Assembly: GCA_903813345.2 (NCBI GenBank)
Contig: CAIIXF020000001.1
Coordinates: 2,604,001 to 2,668,000, forward strand
Source: Owenia fusiformis
Taxonomy: Eukaryota
DNA length: 64,000 nt
Reading direction: 5' to 3'
Numbering within the stretch: position 1 is the stretch's first letter; the number at the start of each line of letters is the position of its first letter. The translations under genes and the position numbers were made by a program. The notes under the pieces were generated by a model. It was not told the origin of the DNA, searched no databases, and saw nothing but the letters and a program-made list of their open reading frames with translations. Below are positions 1-29,800 of this stretch, piece by piece.

Positions 1-16744
<16,744 letters not shown>

Positions 16745-17060
16745 ATTGAACACTATGACGTAATGTCAAGGCGTTCCTCTCGACCACAACTGATTTGTGA
16801 ATATTGATCAGTGTCATTTCCAAGTTAATCAACTATTATGTAATAGTATGAGAATGACCTCTAAAAGTGATCATGGTTTCATAATGTTTGACATTTATAT
16901 TTTCTGATAATCATGCATGTTTTAAAAAACCTCCTCCTGATTGATTTTTTGATCAAGCAACTATTGATAAACTATTGATTTTTGATAAACCACATGCCAT
17001 TTTTATGATGGTGGTTGGTGTTTGGTGGTTGGTGGTTGATGTCTGTTGGCATCTGTAACA

Positions 17061-17280
17061 TACTGTATAAGTGGTAACTTTGCCAAATCATTTAATTTGC
17101 CTATTGCCTAATTTTTGCCACGTTCGGAAAATTAAATGTTTGAAATATTAGCATCATAATGTTATCCAATGGGAAGTTTCTTGTCATTAGGAAAATAAAA
17201 ATTAGGAAAACGATAAAATTTGACCATTCGGCAACTTAACCGCAAATTAACCACTCGGATTAAATACCACTTATACAGTA
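17061..17280. mobile_element. Tc1/mariner-type MITE in the probable 3' UTR of the protease gene
   Basis: 16-bp inverted ends TACTGTATAAGTGGTA / TACCACTTATACAGTA, including TA target dinucleotides. Confidence 0.8.
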
Positions 17281-19487
17281 TGGCAGGTGGTGACATTTGG
17301 GATGTTAATGCCTTGTTAAAATAATATTAAATGTTTATTAATGTAAATGTTTTATTGGTTATACTTGTTGATGGTTTAATAGTATTCAACATATCTTATG
17401 TTATTTTTGTACACTGTAAATAATTATTACATTTTACATTTTGTAGTTATGAATTTATACTTTTAAGAAGTTATGTTATTGTTCTAAAAACTGTTATTAA
17501 AATGCAAATGAAATATAGCTGTCATGACTCATATACGTTTTGTGTTCAAATGAGAGAGGTGTTCACATATCCAGGAGATATGACTGATTGAGAGAGAGAT
17601 ATATAATAACCCAGATGCCAGGAGGTAGTTACCAGTTTCACCACCAGGTGGCTAAGCTAATTTGGGTCAGATAACGTGGCAGATATATTAAGAATTGATA
17701 ATTTCAAGCTACAGACCAGAATCACAGGACCCTGTAGAACCTACCAGGATTTCTCTTTCACACTGAAGGCCACAAACATTTTGTATTTAGCTTCTTGTTG
17801 GTGCTGCCATCTGTAGAGAAATACAGTATTTCACGTTATCAGGTTCAGCTTAACACAGGTGGTCAACTTTTTATTGTCAAACATTATTTCTCATGGATAT
17901 TTTTACTTCTGCCCAATTGTAATGCATTTTTGCGAATTAATTCACAAATTCACGACCATAACCTAGACTAATGTGTCATATTTTGATACAATTGTCAATA
18001 AAAGAAACATATATAACCAACTTGACAAGTAGAAAAACAATTAATGTAAGCCATCATTCTTGCCTCAGAGACTAACCAGATGTCACTGTTTGATAAAATG
18101 TAAAGGTAATAAATTATAAATAACAATTTTGTTAATCAAAGTTCAATGGATATTAGAAATCGTAGTGATTCAACACTGGCAAAATTATACACCATTCAAA
18201 GAACAAGCTTACAAGTCCTGTGTCAAGTGTGCTAGTTGAACTTCAGATTTTTCATTTTAGCCCTTTTTGTTAAGATATCTCTTACTAAAATTGGTTTGAT
18301 ATAGTTCATCATTTGAGGGGATTTATGCTCTTTAATACACTTAATTCTTGATCATCATTAGATGACATCTATGTAATTTTAATTGGCAACTACTAGTCGA
18401 ATTCATGTGAAGAACGATGATAAAAGATGAACATGGGCTCGACCTTCAAATTAAAATGGAGGACTTATTTACGATTTATCATTTACTGGCACTATGCTTC
18501 AAGCCAATTTAATGAACATTAACTTCAATTTAAATTATTTATAAAATAGTTTTATTTTTTCGTTTTATGTTATTACATTAACAGTTATATATAACAATGC
18601 CTGGTTGTTGAACACAGTTGCACATGTGCATATCACTCGTTCTACACATACATTTCATCTTCATATACAGAGTGACAGAAAATGTACACAATCCAGTTAT
18701 ACTTTCGAAAACCATATTATCATTTGAGGGTACAGTACCAGAACATTCTTAGCTACAAAATTCCCAAGTTTATTGCCACGATTGTAACCATGGAAACCAT
18801 GATGTCATAATAAGAGATATAGACTTAGGAATTCTAACTTTCAAACTCTTCTGGTAATGTACAATTAAAAATTGACTGTTCATTTATATTAGTTAAGTTA
18901 ATTGTAGACAATTACACTATTCAGTAAGTGAGGGTCACCCTGTAACTTATCAAAAAGTAAGAATAAGAAAATTGGCAATTGGAGAAATTACAATATTTTA
19001 ATGCCTTGAAAAACATGTACAATCACTCCATGAACTGTGTTTTACATCTTAACATCCACATACATTAGAATCTGGATATTTGTCACATTTATATCTTAAT
19101 TCTAGCTCCTAAATCAAATAATGAATATATTACAATCCTTTATAACAATTTAACTTTCATAAGCAGACCAATTTACTAAGTCTAATATGATTGCATCGGT
19201 AATCTGCATTTGAAGGTTAAACTGTTCATTATATTTTACAAAATGTACACGTATCACAATATTTGAACTCTGTGTTAGGTGGACTTAAGTATGTATTTTA
19301 TCAAATATAGATGACTATCATTTGATGAAATTCATGCCTAGCATCCACACAACTGTATTTGCATTGGAATATAAATATACACCCTGATTTACTGTACATC
19401 TTTGGATACTGTAAAACTGTACACACGTGTCTATCACCATAGTGATAGAAGTTGAGTTGACTCATGGACAACACAAATTCAGTTACA

Positions 19488-19670
19488 ATGAGTATTTATT
19501 CTGGTAAATGAGTATTTCAATGACCAAAATTAGTATTTTAATCAACAAATAAATGTTCTATTCAAATGAGATTCAAAGAATTGAGTATTCTAGCTTTCAA
19601 CAATATGAGTGTTCCACTCGCCAAAATGAGTATTCTCATAAAAGAGTATTTTAATTACTAAAATGAGTTT
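19488..19670. repeat. Degenerate repeat of AATGAGTATT-like units
   Basis: Roughly 8-9 imperfect copies spaced about 20 bp apart, in the likely ptc 3' UTR or downstream region. Confidence 0.55.
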
Positions 19671-20811
19671 TCTATACAGGTAAAACTCCAAGTTAAAACT
19701 AATAATACAATAAAATTTCATTTCATCATAATCTAAAATTACATTTAATTTTTACTTAATTTTCACTAAATCATAAAATGTCAATATTGAATAATCATAT
19801 TCTTAAAAACAATTTTTCTTATGATGAATTTCATCATAAAACATGAATATAATGAGCATTCTCCCCCACATTCAACATATTATGCTATGTTCAATAAATA
19901 CATGTAAACTATATATAAAATGAGTATTTCATCAGTCAAATATTCCTCTTATGGTAAATGCAAAACACTACCACTAAAAAGTGACAAATACAATCTAATG
20001 ATTGTAAATGCTTTATATCTTGCCACAGTCTCAGTTCCATAAGGTTGTTGGCAAATGTCGATGCCTGTATGCAGTTTGTCACTGACTGTCTGACATAAAG
20101 TTCTCTGTTTCAGATTGTGAAGAAGTCGTTCGTATTTCTCAATTTGCATTGTTATATTCCATAGCATCACAGGTAAATGCCAAATATGGAAATATCCACC
20201 ATGTAAGTTTTTTTTATAATATTCCACTGCTATATATATAGATATATAAAATAAAATTAAGTCTACTTTCTATACAAATACGGCACCATTTGACACATAG
20301 GGACTACAGCATTCAGCACACCTGAAAATACACAAAGGGGCATTTTTAACACACAATCATAACAATTCACACAATCTATGTTTTATTAAACAAATATGAT
20401 ATCAGAATCTATTTATAAAAAAACAAAGTGACAATTGGATGATAAAGTTTCACTTCCTGTTCAGAGACAACTTATTAATATTCAGAAAAAAATTCAATTT
20501 TCTGGTTGTTGATTTCAATGTAAACACACAAAGCCCGAATAAAAATACATCTGTCTTACTCTCATTTGTGAAATATACATCAATAGCACTTCAAAAGGGG
20601 CACAGATATGCAGCAACTCTGAATATTTCTAATTAATGTAGGTAAGACGAATTTTCAGTTCTCCTATGACTTGAATAAATATGCAAAATAAAATAAGTAA
20701 GTTTGAGTGTAAGTTTATGGTAGGAGGAGTAGAATCAATTATCTCTCATATTAAGTCGTGTCACTTAGTCCACCTTAAGCTCAATATGCAATATATAGAA
20801 TATTTACCTCA

Positions 20812-23800
20812 TTATGATTTATTTGAGGTGTCACTAGACTCTGATGTACTGTGAGGAAACTCAAGCATCTGTTGCTGCGGAGACCTCTTGTGTCGCCGTC
20901 TCTTATGCTTATAGCCATGATCGCTATCTACAGCCCCTGGAATTCAACAATCAAAATCGTGTTAAATACTTCATTTTTTGAAATGCTGAGTTAGATTTTA
21001 ACTTACATGTTAAATAAATGTCGAACACATCGGTCAGAAATATGAAGCCTTTACAAAAATTTGAATATTTGGAATTTTTAATCAACAACGAAAAGAACCA
21101 ATTAATATTTCAGTTCACTAAATGTACAGGGTGACCCAAAAAGCAGAACCCTTACCCTTTATTCAAAGATTTATGGGTTCTGTTTTTCAGACACCCTGTA
21201 CTGTACACACTTTGTACTATATTATAAGGTAGAGTTGGCTTACCTGGAAGGGGGGTGTGGACTTCTACTTTAACAGTGGCTTTTGCCTTCACCGTTGTTG
21301 TAAAGTGTGGAGTAGATGGTGGGTGACTGTTGTAACTATTGTGGCTATTGTTGTAACTATTCTGGCTATTGTTGTAACTATTGTGACTGTTGTTGTAACT
21401 ATTGGTGTGACTACTGTTGTGACGTGGACCTGACATGTTGTGCACTGAGGAGGGTGGTGTGCTCTGAAATCAGAAAATACAATTTATTAAAGTTTTATTT
21501 TGTTTACTGGTCAGTTATGTTTATGCCCATCTAGTTTTATTGATCCTGCAAATTCATTTATTTAAATGTGCAAATGAGATAGCATATTGTTGTCATCTTT
21601 ATAATATATAATATTGCTTATTATGGAAAACATAACTGTAACTAGAACACCTTTGCAGTTGTCATTTAAATATAAAGGCTCCCTATCATTGATGAATGAT
21701 TGTTGCTTATGTGTACTACTTACATTTCTAGTATTATGACTCGAACAGTGTCTGTTAGTATTGTTATGTGGACCATTTCCAGTATCCACAAATGATGTTT
21801 CTACGACAACTTCGGGATGAACTACAATCTCATGAGACGAATACTGTGTTGGTTCTTCAGTGATCGTAGTTAAAGATATATCAGACGGGACTCTGCCCGG
21901 AAAGACTCGTTTTGACACAGTTCTCATGGCCCTCTGGGGAACAGGTGAGGGCTCGGGGGTGGGGGGCTGAATACGGTCTGCATTGTCTCTGGGTATGATC
22001 TAAAACACACACGAAACAAAAATGGTTAATTGTTTGCAATAACATATATACAAATAACATATTGTACAAATAACATTTTGTTGATGACAGGTTTAATATT
22101 AACAATGGATATAATTTAAACAAAACTATTGAAAAAAGGCCAAATATGGAAGAGACCAAATATGGAAAATAGCTAATACTTACTTCTGCAGGAGGACCAA
22201 GGATGGAGAGAAGCACGGGGAGGAGCACTAGGCCATTCAGCACACCTATCAGGATAAGGGCTGACAGCACATAGAAGAAATACCTGGAAATACACAGGAG
22301 GAACTCATCATTAGAACACCTGGTAGACAGAGCTGCAGCATATGCAATGGGTCTACTTTCAGCCTGATGCTATATAAGTGTATTCAATATCAATTTAATT
22401 TCAATTTGCATTGAAAGTACCAAAAGTTACAATAATAATTATGGTGAAATCAACATGTTACTGAATTTCAAATACCTGAAGATTGCATGCAGTAAAGTTA
22501 TGAATGTTAAAAAGTATACTTCAAAAATATTGTACATTAAACTTCAATCAATTTTGATAGATTTACTTTTTGTTAAGAGCTAAGTTTTAAGTCTAAGGAC
22601 CTTCATGTTTTTTTGTTTATTAAGGTGAACCATCCCTGGAGGCATTTTTGTAATTCAATTACTCCGTTTCAATGATATATTTGATTTTTTATTTGGCAAT
22701 AGAGCATAAGCTAATCATATGTTTCAGGGTACAGGCTACATAAAAGTTCACGGAGGATCACAACTGCACAAACATTCATCAACTATTTTTATAAGACTCT
22801 GGTTCATGTAAACAGACCTATCAAATGTAGGTTTTAGGACCTTTTAGCAAGCCTGAACTCTGGGATAAGAAAATGTGAGATACCAACAAGTTTGCTTCAT
22901 TAATTTGTTCTTTGGTTCAAATTCATTTCAATGTAAGGATAAATATACCAAACTGGGTATCAGATCAGTTATTTAGTATGGGGATATCTTGTTTCTTTAT
23001 TATCTGACTAACTTGAAACATTGATAGCATAGATATTTTTAATATTGAACTCTTTCATAAGTTTCATAAAATTTAAAAATGGATTTTATTTTATATAAAC
23101 ATTTTTCCACATTTTTGTTAACCTTTGAAGTAGTTAAATGTTGGGCATTTGTTATAAGTTGAAAGAGACCATGAATGATAAGAGTTAATGCCTACAGAAT
23201 TCAGAGGAGTTCCTTTACATGGTAGGATCAAGCCCTCTAGCCCACAGGCCAGTACCACTCCAACTAGTTCAGGTTACATGCTTGAACAAACATAGCTATC
23301 TTGACAAGACCCATCTTCCCACTTGCAATCACATCAATACTATTCAGATTAAGGGCCACCATGTTCACAAACTATACAGGATCATGTATGATTAATTAAA
23401 ATTTGGGATTTATCCAGATGTTGTTTAATACAGTTTTCAATTTGGCCCTGCTCATGTATTATGGTGATTACAAGAGCCAAAAGTGTTGCACTTATGTTGT
23501 ACACAAAGTTGGGAGTTATTTATCCAGAAACAGAAGAACACTTCAGACCTCACACATTGGTGAAAAGTGGCGGCCATTTTGTAGATTTGATTCAATTTGA
23601 TAAATCCTAGAAATTGAGGAAGGGTACCGCTCATACCATGTTGTTCAATGAAAGAGCATTAACATAATCCTCTTAAGATGGACCATGTTGAGTTTCCTTT
23701 TCAATATATGGGAAACACCACGGGGAAAATCATGATAAAAATAAAATTGCTCTCTGTTGATGGTAATTTTTATTTCAAATAAAGGGATAAAAATCTCCCA

Positions 23801-26800
23801 ATGAATATGATTATTAAAGGAGGCAGACATGACAACTGTCCATTTTGCCTGTGTGGCTCAATCGAGGAACCAATCTGTTATCCTTGTAGTAGAGACTCAA
23901 TGGGTCTGGCAGATTCCTAGACATAACTTATATAACATCATTATGCCCACTCAGTGAGATACAGGGAATCATTTAATCGAATTGCAGGGGGCATGAAACT
24001 TGATCTTATCTATACAATGAACAACATGACATGTCATCTCTCATCTTTTCAACCCTATCTAGTCTTGTAAAAGATGGATCTTGCTTACATTGTGAAATGA
24101 TAACATATTTTAACTCAATAGTTTAACTCAGCTCAAATTCAACGGAGGGACTGCAACATACCACTATAACACTAGATAAGATAGTTTTTGAAAACTAGAT
24201 TCTTTCAGTGATAACTAAGATTAAAGTTAAATCCAAAATACATTCTAGAGTAAACTCAAAGTGAACTGACATCCTTGTTGATTTTAGAAATGCTCAAAAT
24301 CTCGAGATTTCTACTTAGGCACAGGAAATACTTGAGGAATGGTTGATGATTGTTGACAGTCATATAGGGAAAGTTTTCACTACTTTGGAATATGATAACA
24401 CTCAAATACCAAAGTTGTTTCTGATTTATGCTTCATACCATTTCTAAATTTGAACATTTTCCAAAATTATCTTCCTAGGATTTAATGTAGTAATTCTCTA
24501 AAAGATACTCATAAAGATATATCTTATTAACTCGGTTTTTATCTTATAGCTAAAATAAAATTTCACCATAAATGAGACTAATGGTATCATACATTTGAAT
24601 CATATAAAGCTTTTATCTAAAATGGATTTTATTAGTAATACATGGCCTGGGTGGTCTAAATGTGATCTTGGCATGCAAACAACTAGACTAGCCATCCCAT
24701 TTGACAATTAGATAAGGTCTCAATATGGAGGTTCACTGATCCTATTTGAAAACCTCTCAACCCTAAAAAGCAAATGAATTTTCCCAACTTTTTATTCAGC
24801 CAAGTTTCAGATTATTGCATTAAACCTTTACATTGCACTGTTTGGTACAACAACTTTTGACATACCTCCAATAGGATACATTTTTGTAACAGATCATGAA
24901 CTCTTCGTTTCACAATCGAGACAAGCTGAACATTGTATCTATCTATGTATGTTTTAGCAACACTATTTATCAAACACAAAAAGCATGTCTACTTTTTAAA
25001 TTGAAAAATTTAAATGTAAATTGAAAAATCTAAACACCTGTATAAGTTTCTACATTTTGAAATAACTGTTATTAGCAGTTTATTGATCACTTGCATGCTT
25101 ACAAATAATACATGACGACACATAAAACAAAGTTTCAACTTCGTGTTGACATCACTGCCATGTTAGACTCAAAAGAAAACTTGACCATTATAACGGATGT
25201 TTGTGACTAACATGGCCGCCAATGAGTCCCTTTACACCTGAATTTCCTAGCAGAGCGTGTCCTGAACACTGTTACACCTGAGCTTTTACCGCACACTTCA
25301 TAACCAAATGTATGGCGCTGGGTGGTTAATAGCCCATCCCATACACACTGAATATAGGAGCATGACTTGACATCAAATCTACATTAGCCCGCCTCTTAGT
25401 TCCTTACAGGTGGACATTAATTCTGAACAAAAACTTGTAATAAAATATAGTCATGTCTACAAGAGAAACATTTATACATTTTCTACACTGATTTTAATCT
25501 GTCCTGTCTAGGTTCAAGTTCATGATCTTTTTTAGAAATGACAGAGATTTATAATTTGGCAAAGTAAGAATGCCAAACAATATACATGAATGAACAAATT
25601 TAAATCTTTGAACTTTACTTTTTCGGTTTAAACCAGAGTGTTTATTGTGGTCAAAATGTTCTACCTAAAACTAGATTTTTCGAGGGACCACAGGAATTTC
25701 TTCTCAGGAGGCCATCGGGTACATTGGCACTTGTCTTTTTTTCAACTGAACAGTTACAATTCTTCAATGGCATATTTTTGCAAGCGTAGAAATGTATTAT
25801 ATGTTTTATGAGAAAGATCCATTCAACAGAATTCTTAAATATTGCTTTAAGTGTGTTTATCAGGATTTGGTATTTATCCTCTTATACTCAAGTATTTCTC
25901 TATCTAAAGACGTAATTCTACTGAATTTCTTTGAATTTCCTCAAGGGCTTGCGGCGCTGAATATAATCTGAACTCAACAGGCTAGGGGATATTTTAGAAG
26001 TGCTGCTATAGCCTTCTAAGTTCTAATCCAGAACTGGATCCCAGCAAATCATAAGATCTCCTTCTCTTGTTTTAATTGAGCTAATATGTGTTCAATGACA
26101 GATCGGTAGAATGTTAGGAACATGGTACCCCAGAATGAAGATGTTAAAACACCGTTGATTCTACCTTAGCCAGGTGTGAGGAATTTACTCTGGGATTATT
26201 GGGAAATACTATCCCCATACATCTGCATAGAATACATGCTATCACACCAAGCCATTACCCGCTAGAATCTGTTTATTCCACTCTAACTGCCTTCTAACAT
26301 CCACTACTTGTGTGGTCCTTATTGGCTAGACCACACACATCGATCGCCACAAGGTGAGACTAGTAGAGCAATATTTTCTAATTGAGCTAAAGTCACTCCG
26401 TATTGGTTCATTTTATGTTGACATATGGCCTGATATGGATACATGTTTCCTATTAAAAACTACACAATAGTCTATTATATTCTTTGGATAGTCTAACACA
26501 ACTGGCTGAAAGTGACGTCTATGTGAATTGTTCAAACTACATACAATTCTTGAAATTGATTTTTTGTTTTTATTACTGATACATGTTTCTTTACAAATGC
26601 TACAGGTGTACTAAGATACACTGTTTTCAACGGTAAATATACAAAAATGTGGCATTGTCATTTATACATTGATCATTTATATTAGCTGCTCTCAAAGAAA
26701 TCTGAAGACTCCTTGTTATTGTAAAAACTTCAAAATGTCATTCAAACTTTTACTTTAATGTAATGAATTACTTTCTAAATGACACATATACAACAGAATT

Positions 26801-29800
26801 ATTGTCAAAATATTAGTTTGATTAAGATACAAAACACTGTGGTGTTAGATACGTTCACTTTGACAATTTTATTAAGAAGACCCACCGCAGTTGATTTGAG
26901 ACTTATGTCAGATCAAAATTCAATAATATTATATATTTAGCTGATCTTGAGAGATAAATGTGTAATTTCATAGTCGCATCATACTCCAGGTATTTTATCA
27001 TTTACAAATGGAATTTGCTTTACACAGCAGTAAACATGGCAGATGGATTTTCTTTCAGTTAATTTTGTGTCTAAAAAATATTTAAATATATCTCATGACA
27101 TTTCTGAATTCTGAACATAACACTAATGCAAACTGATTGATAAGTGAAAAAATGATGATCAACATTTATAAATCAAACAGCAACATTATGTTTTTACAAT
27201 TCCAAACATTAAATGAAACGATGGCCAGGTGGCCTTTCAAAAAAATGATGTCTTATCAAATATCTGAATCGCTTTTTTAACACTAGAATCTGGTTTGTGG
27301 TAACCTATCAGTGAGTTTAAATGAATGGTGTTTTTGAATTATAATGTTCTTAATTATTCAATCCTTCAGTTTAACACACAAAAAGACCAATAGATCTTCA
27401 AATAATATACACTCAACTTGTTCAACTCGACAGCCACAAAACGAACTATTGGTGTCTAACAAAATTAATTAATTTTTTATATTATCCCCAATATATTTCA
27501 ATTTGTCACTGATGCTCAATCAATCTTTGGGACCCAAAAAAGAACGTAAAGTATTTGCACTTATTACGGAATAGTTTGAAATCAAAATGCTAACTTACCT
27601 AACTATGAAGTCAAACTCGGACCCAACGAGCATGATGACACCCAGCAATGTTGACACGGCACCATGCATGACAGGGGCCAACATGTGACGCAATGCTATG
27701 TTCATTCGAGCATTCCTCGTGCCGATACAGGTGATAAATGCGAGCAGAATATGCACGGTGAACTCGACTCCAATTCCCACTGATACTATTAATATAACCG
27801 CTGGTACGGCACTGAGTTTAATACTGACAAGCCCCATAAAGCCGAATAACTCCACGACAGTCATCGCTAAGACCATTACCTGAAAGTATAAGTAAAATTC
27901 ATAGTTATATTTACATTTTACAAGTGAAAATTTTCAAAATCATCAATTTTCCATTTTAGAAAAATAGAATATTCACAACCGAAACTAGCATGTTGAGGCG
28001 GTTGTCGTGGATTGCTAAATTCATGACATTGTTAATGATTCTTCATAAAACATTTTTTACTCAGAAGCCAAGTCGTATATATGTGCACTTACCACCATAA
28101 ATGCCGCCCATGGGTTCATCAGGATGAATGTTATCACCATAAAGACTGCGCCCAACACACAAATCAGTGACAGCATCAAGTAGAACCTTAGGTTTAAATA
28201 TTGCTCCCAAAATGTGAATGGGATTCCACTAGGATAGGTTGGTAGCCCTTTAGCTACATAAGTGTCACATATTGTGCGGATTTGTTTGATTGTACTGGTT
28301 ATTTCATCAGTGTCAGCCATATTGTTTAAATAAAATGGGAATTGTGCATAAGTTAACGGCTGCGACCTTGGAACTGAAATGAAAAAAAATTTATGAAATC
28401 ATACACACAGATATAACAGATGTTAAAGATACAACCAGAAATATATTCCCATTTAAAGCAATAGCTAAAGTTCTTGTTTCATTATAAATGTTGGTTAAAT
28501 GAAATGGGTGAACCAACGTGAATATTAAATTCTATCCATTATTTAAGATCTGGCCTAATCAGGCTGTCAAAGAGAGACTGTCACAGAGTATATAATATTC
28601 TTATACAGAGTATATGAGGCTCTCAAAACAAACTGATCTCATTGAAAGAAAAGGTTACTTACTTAGAAACTCTACTTCCTCCGCTAAGTGCAGCCATTCC
28701 CGAGGCACTGGAGTGAGGTCTGACATTGATGCATCATATGCTATAGCATCATTTGAAGTCCATGCAGTGAGGTAGATATAAAATGCGTCTATGTTAATAA
28801 TCCCATCTGAATCGACAAGACGTGATGTCAGCGCTAAGTCTCTATTAATAGGGGAATCTGAATCTCCAGTTTGGATAAGTAGTTTATAAGCAAAAATTCC
28901 ATCTTCAGTTGCATTGTCATACCAGCGATCTCTGGTTATACACCCTAACTGATAGTCCCTGTCAAAGGCCCGCTGTAAATCCAAGAGCCAGTTCCTCATT
29001 AATATGAGCCAGGAGTCGGGCAAACTCCCGTCCTCTTTTTTAATAATATTTTCCACACGTAAGAAAGCATTATGGTATTTATGTAACAATTGCTGATTGT
29101 TGGGATAGTCAAAGTCTTTAGTGACAGCATATATATGAAAAAAGCCGAAATATTTCGACTGAGTTTCGAGAAACTTATACTCTGTTGTTTCTCTGGGCAC
29201 AATGTCTGTGAGTTCAAGGCCATCCTTGACTTTTGTAGTGCCCCACACCCCGAAGGCCAGTAACACGCTGAAGAGAATAATGACTAGAATCTTTACAGAT
29301 GCTTTTTGAAGGAGAGGCCCGTACACCTTTTTGGCGAACCAGGTTAGGGAAAGCTTACAGCATTCTTGCTGCGTTTGAACACATCGGTCTTTACATGACT
29401 GATCCTCATCAGGAGTGAGGCACTGACGTGAGGATGTGGCTGAGGGGGGTAGGGATGATGGGGAGACGGCAGAATGAAATCTTGCACCATCATTGTTCTC
29501 CCCTACTAGAACTGTCACTGGGTGTACTCCATCTGGCCCCAGGGTGGTCATTGTGTTATGACGATGAATGTCTCTGTAGCTAGGGGGAGGGGATGCCTCA
29601 CGATATTCTGGGGGTGGGGACTGGGGGCGTGACTGAAGCTCTATCACTCTATTTGCACTTGACCTGAAATGACAAAATTATGTTACATATTGAATTCAAA
29701 CAAAATCTTATACACACTTAACAAAAGTCATTCATCTCCATTCATTTCACCTTTGAATTTAATTCAATACTGTATTTTCAACAAATCACAATATACATAT

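Noticed and set aside
21316-21534. Cys-rich, metallothionein-like plus-strand ORF ([11 protein letters not shown]...)
   Set aside because: It is the antisense reading of the NSYNNSH repeat in a ptc exon.
23405-23610. Possible MITE with GGATTTATC/GATAAATCC ends
   Set aside because: The inverted match is short and no TSD is identifiable.
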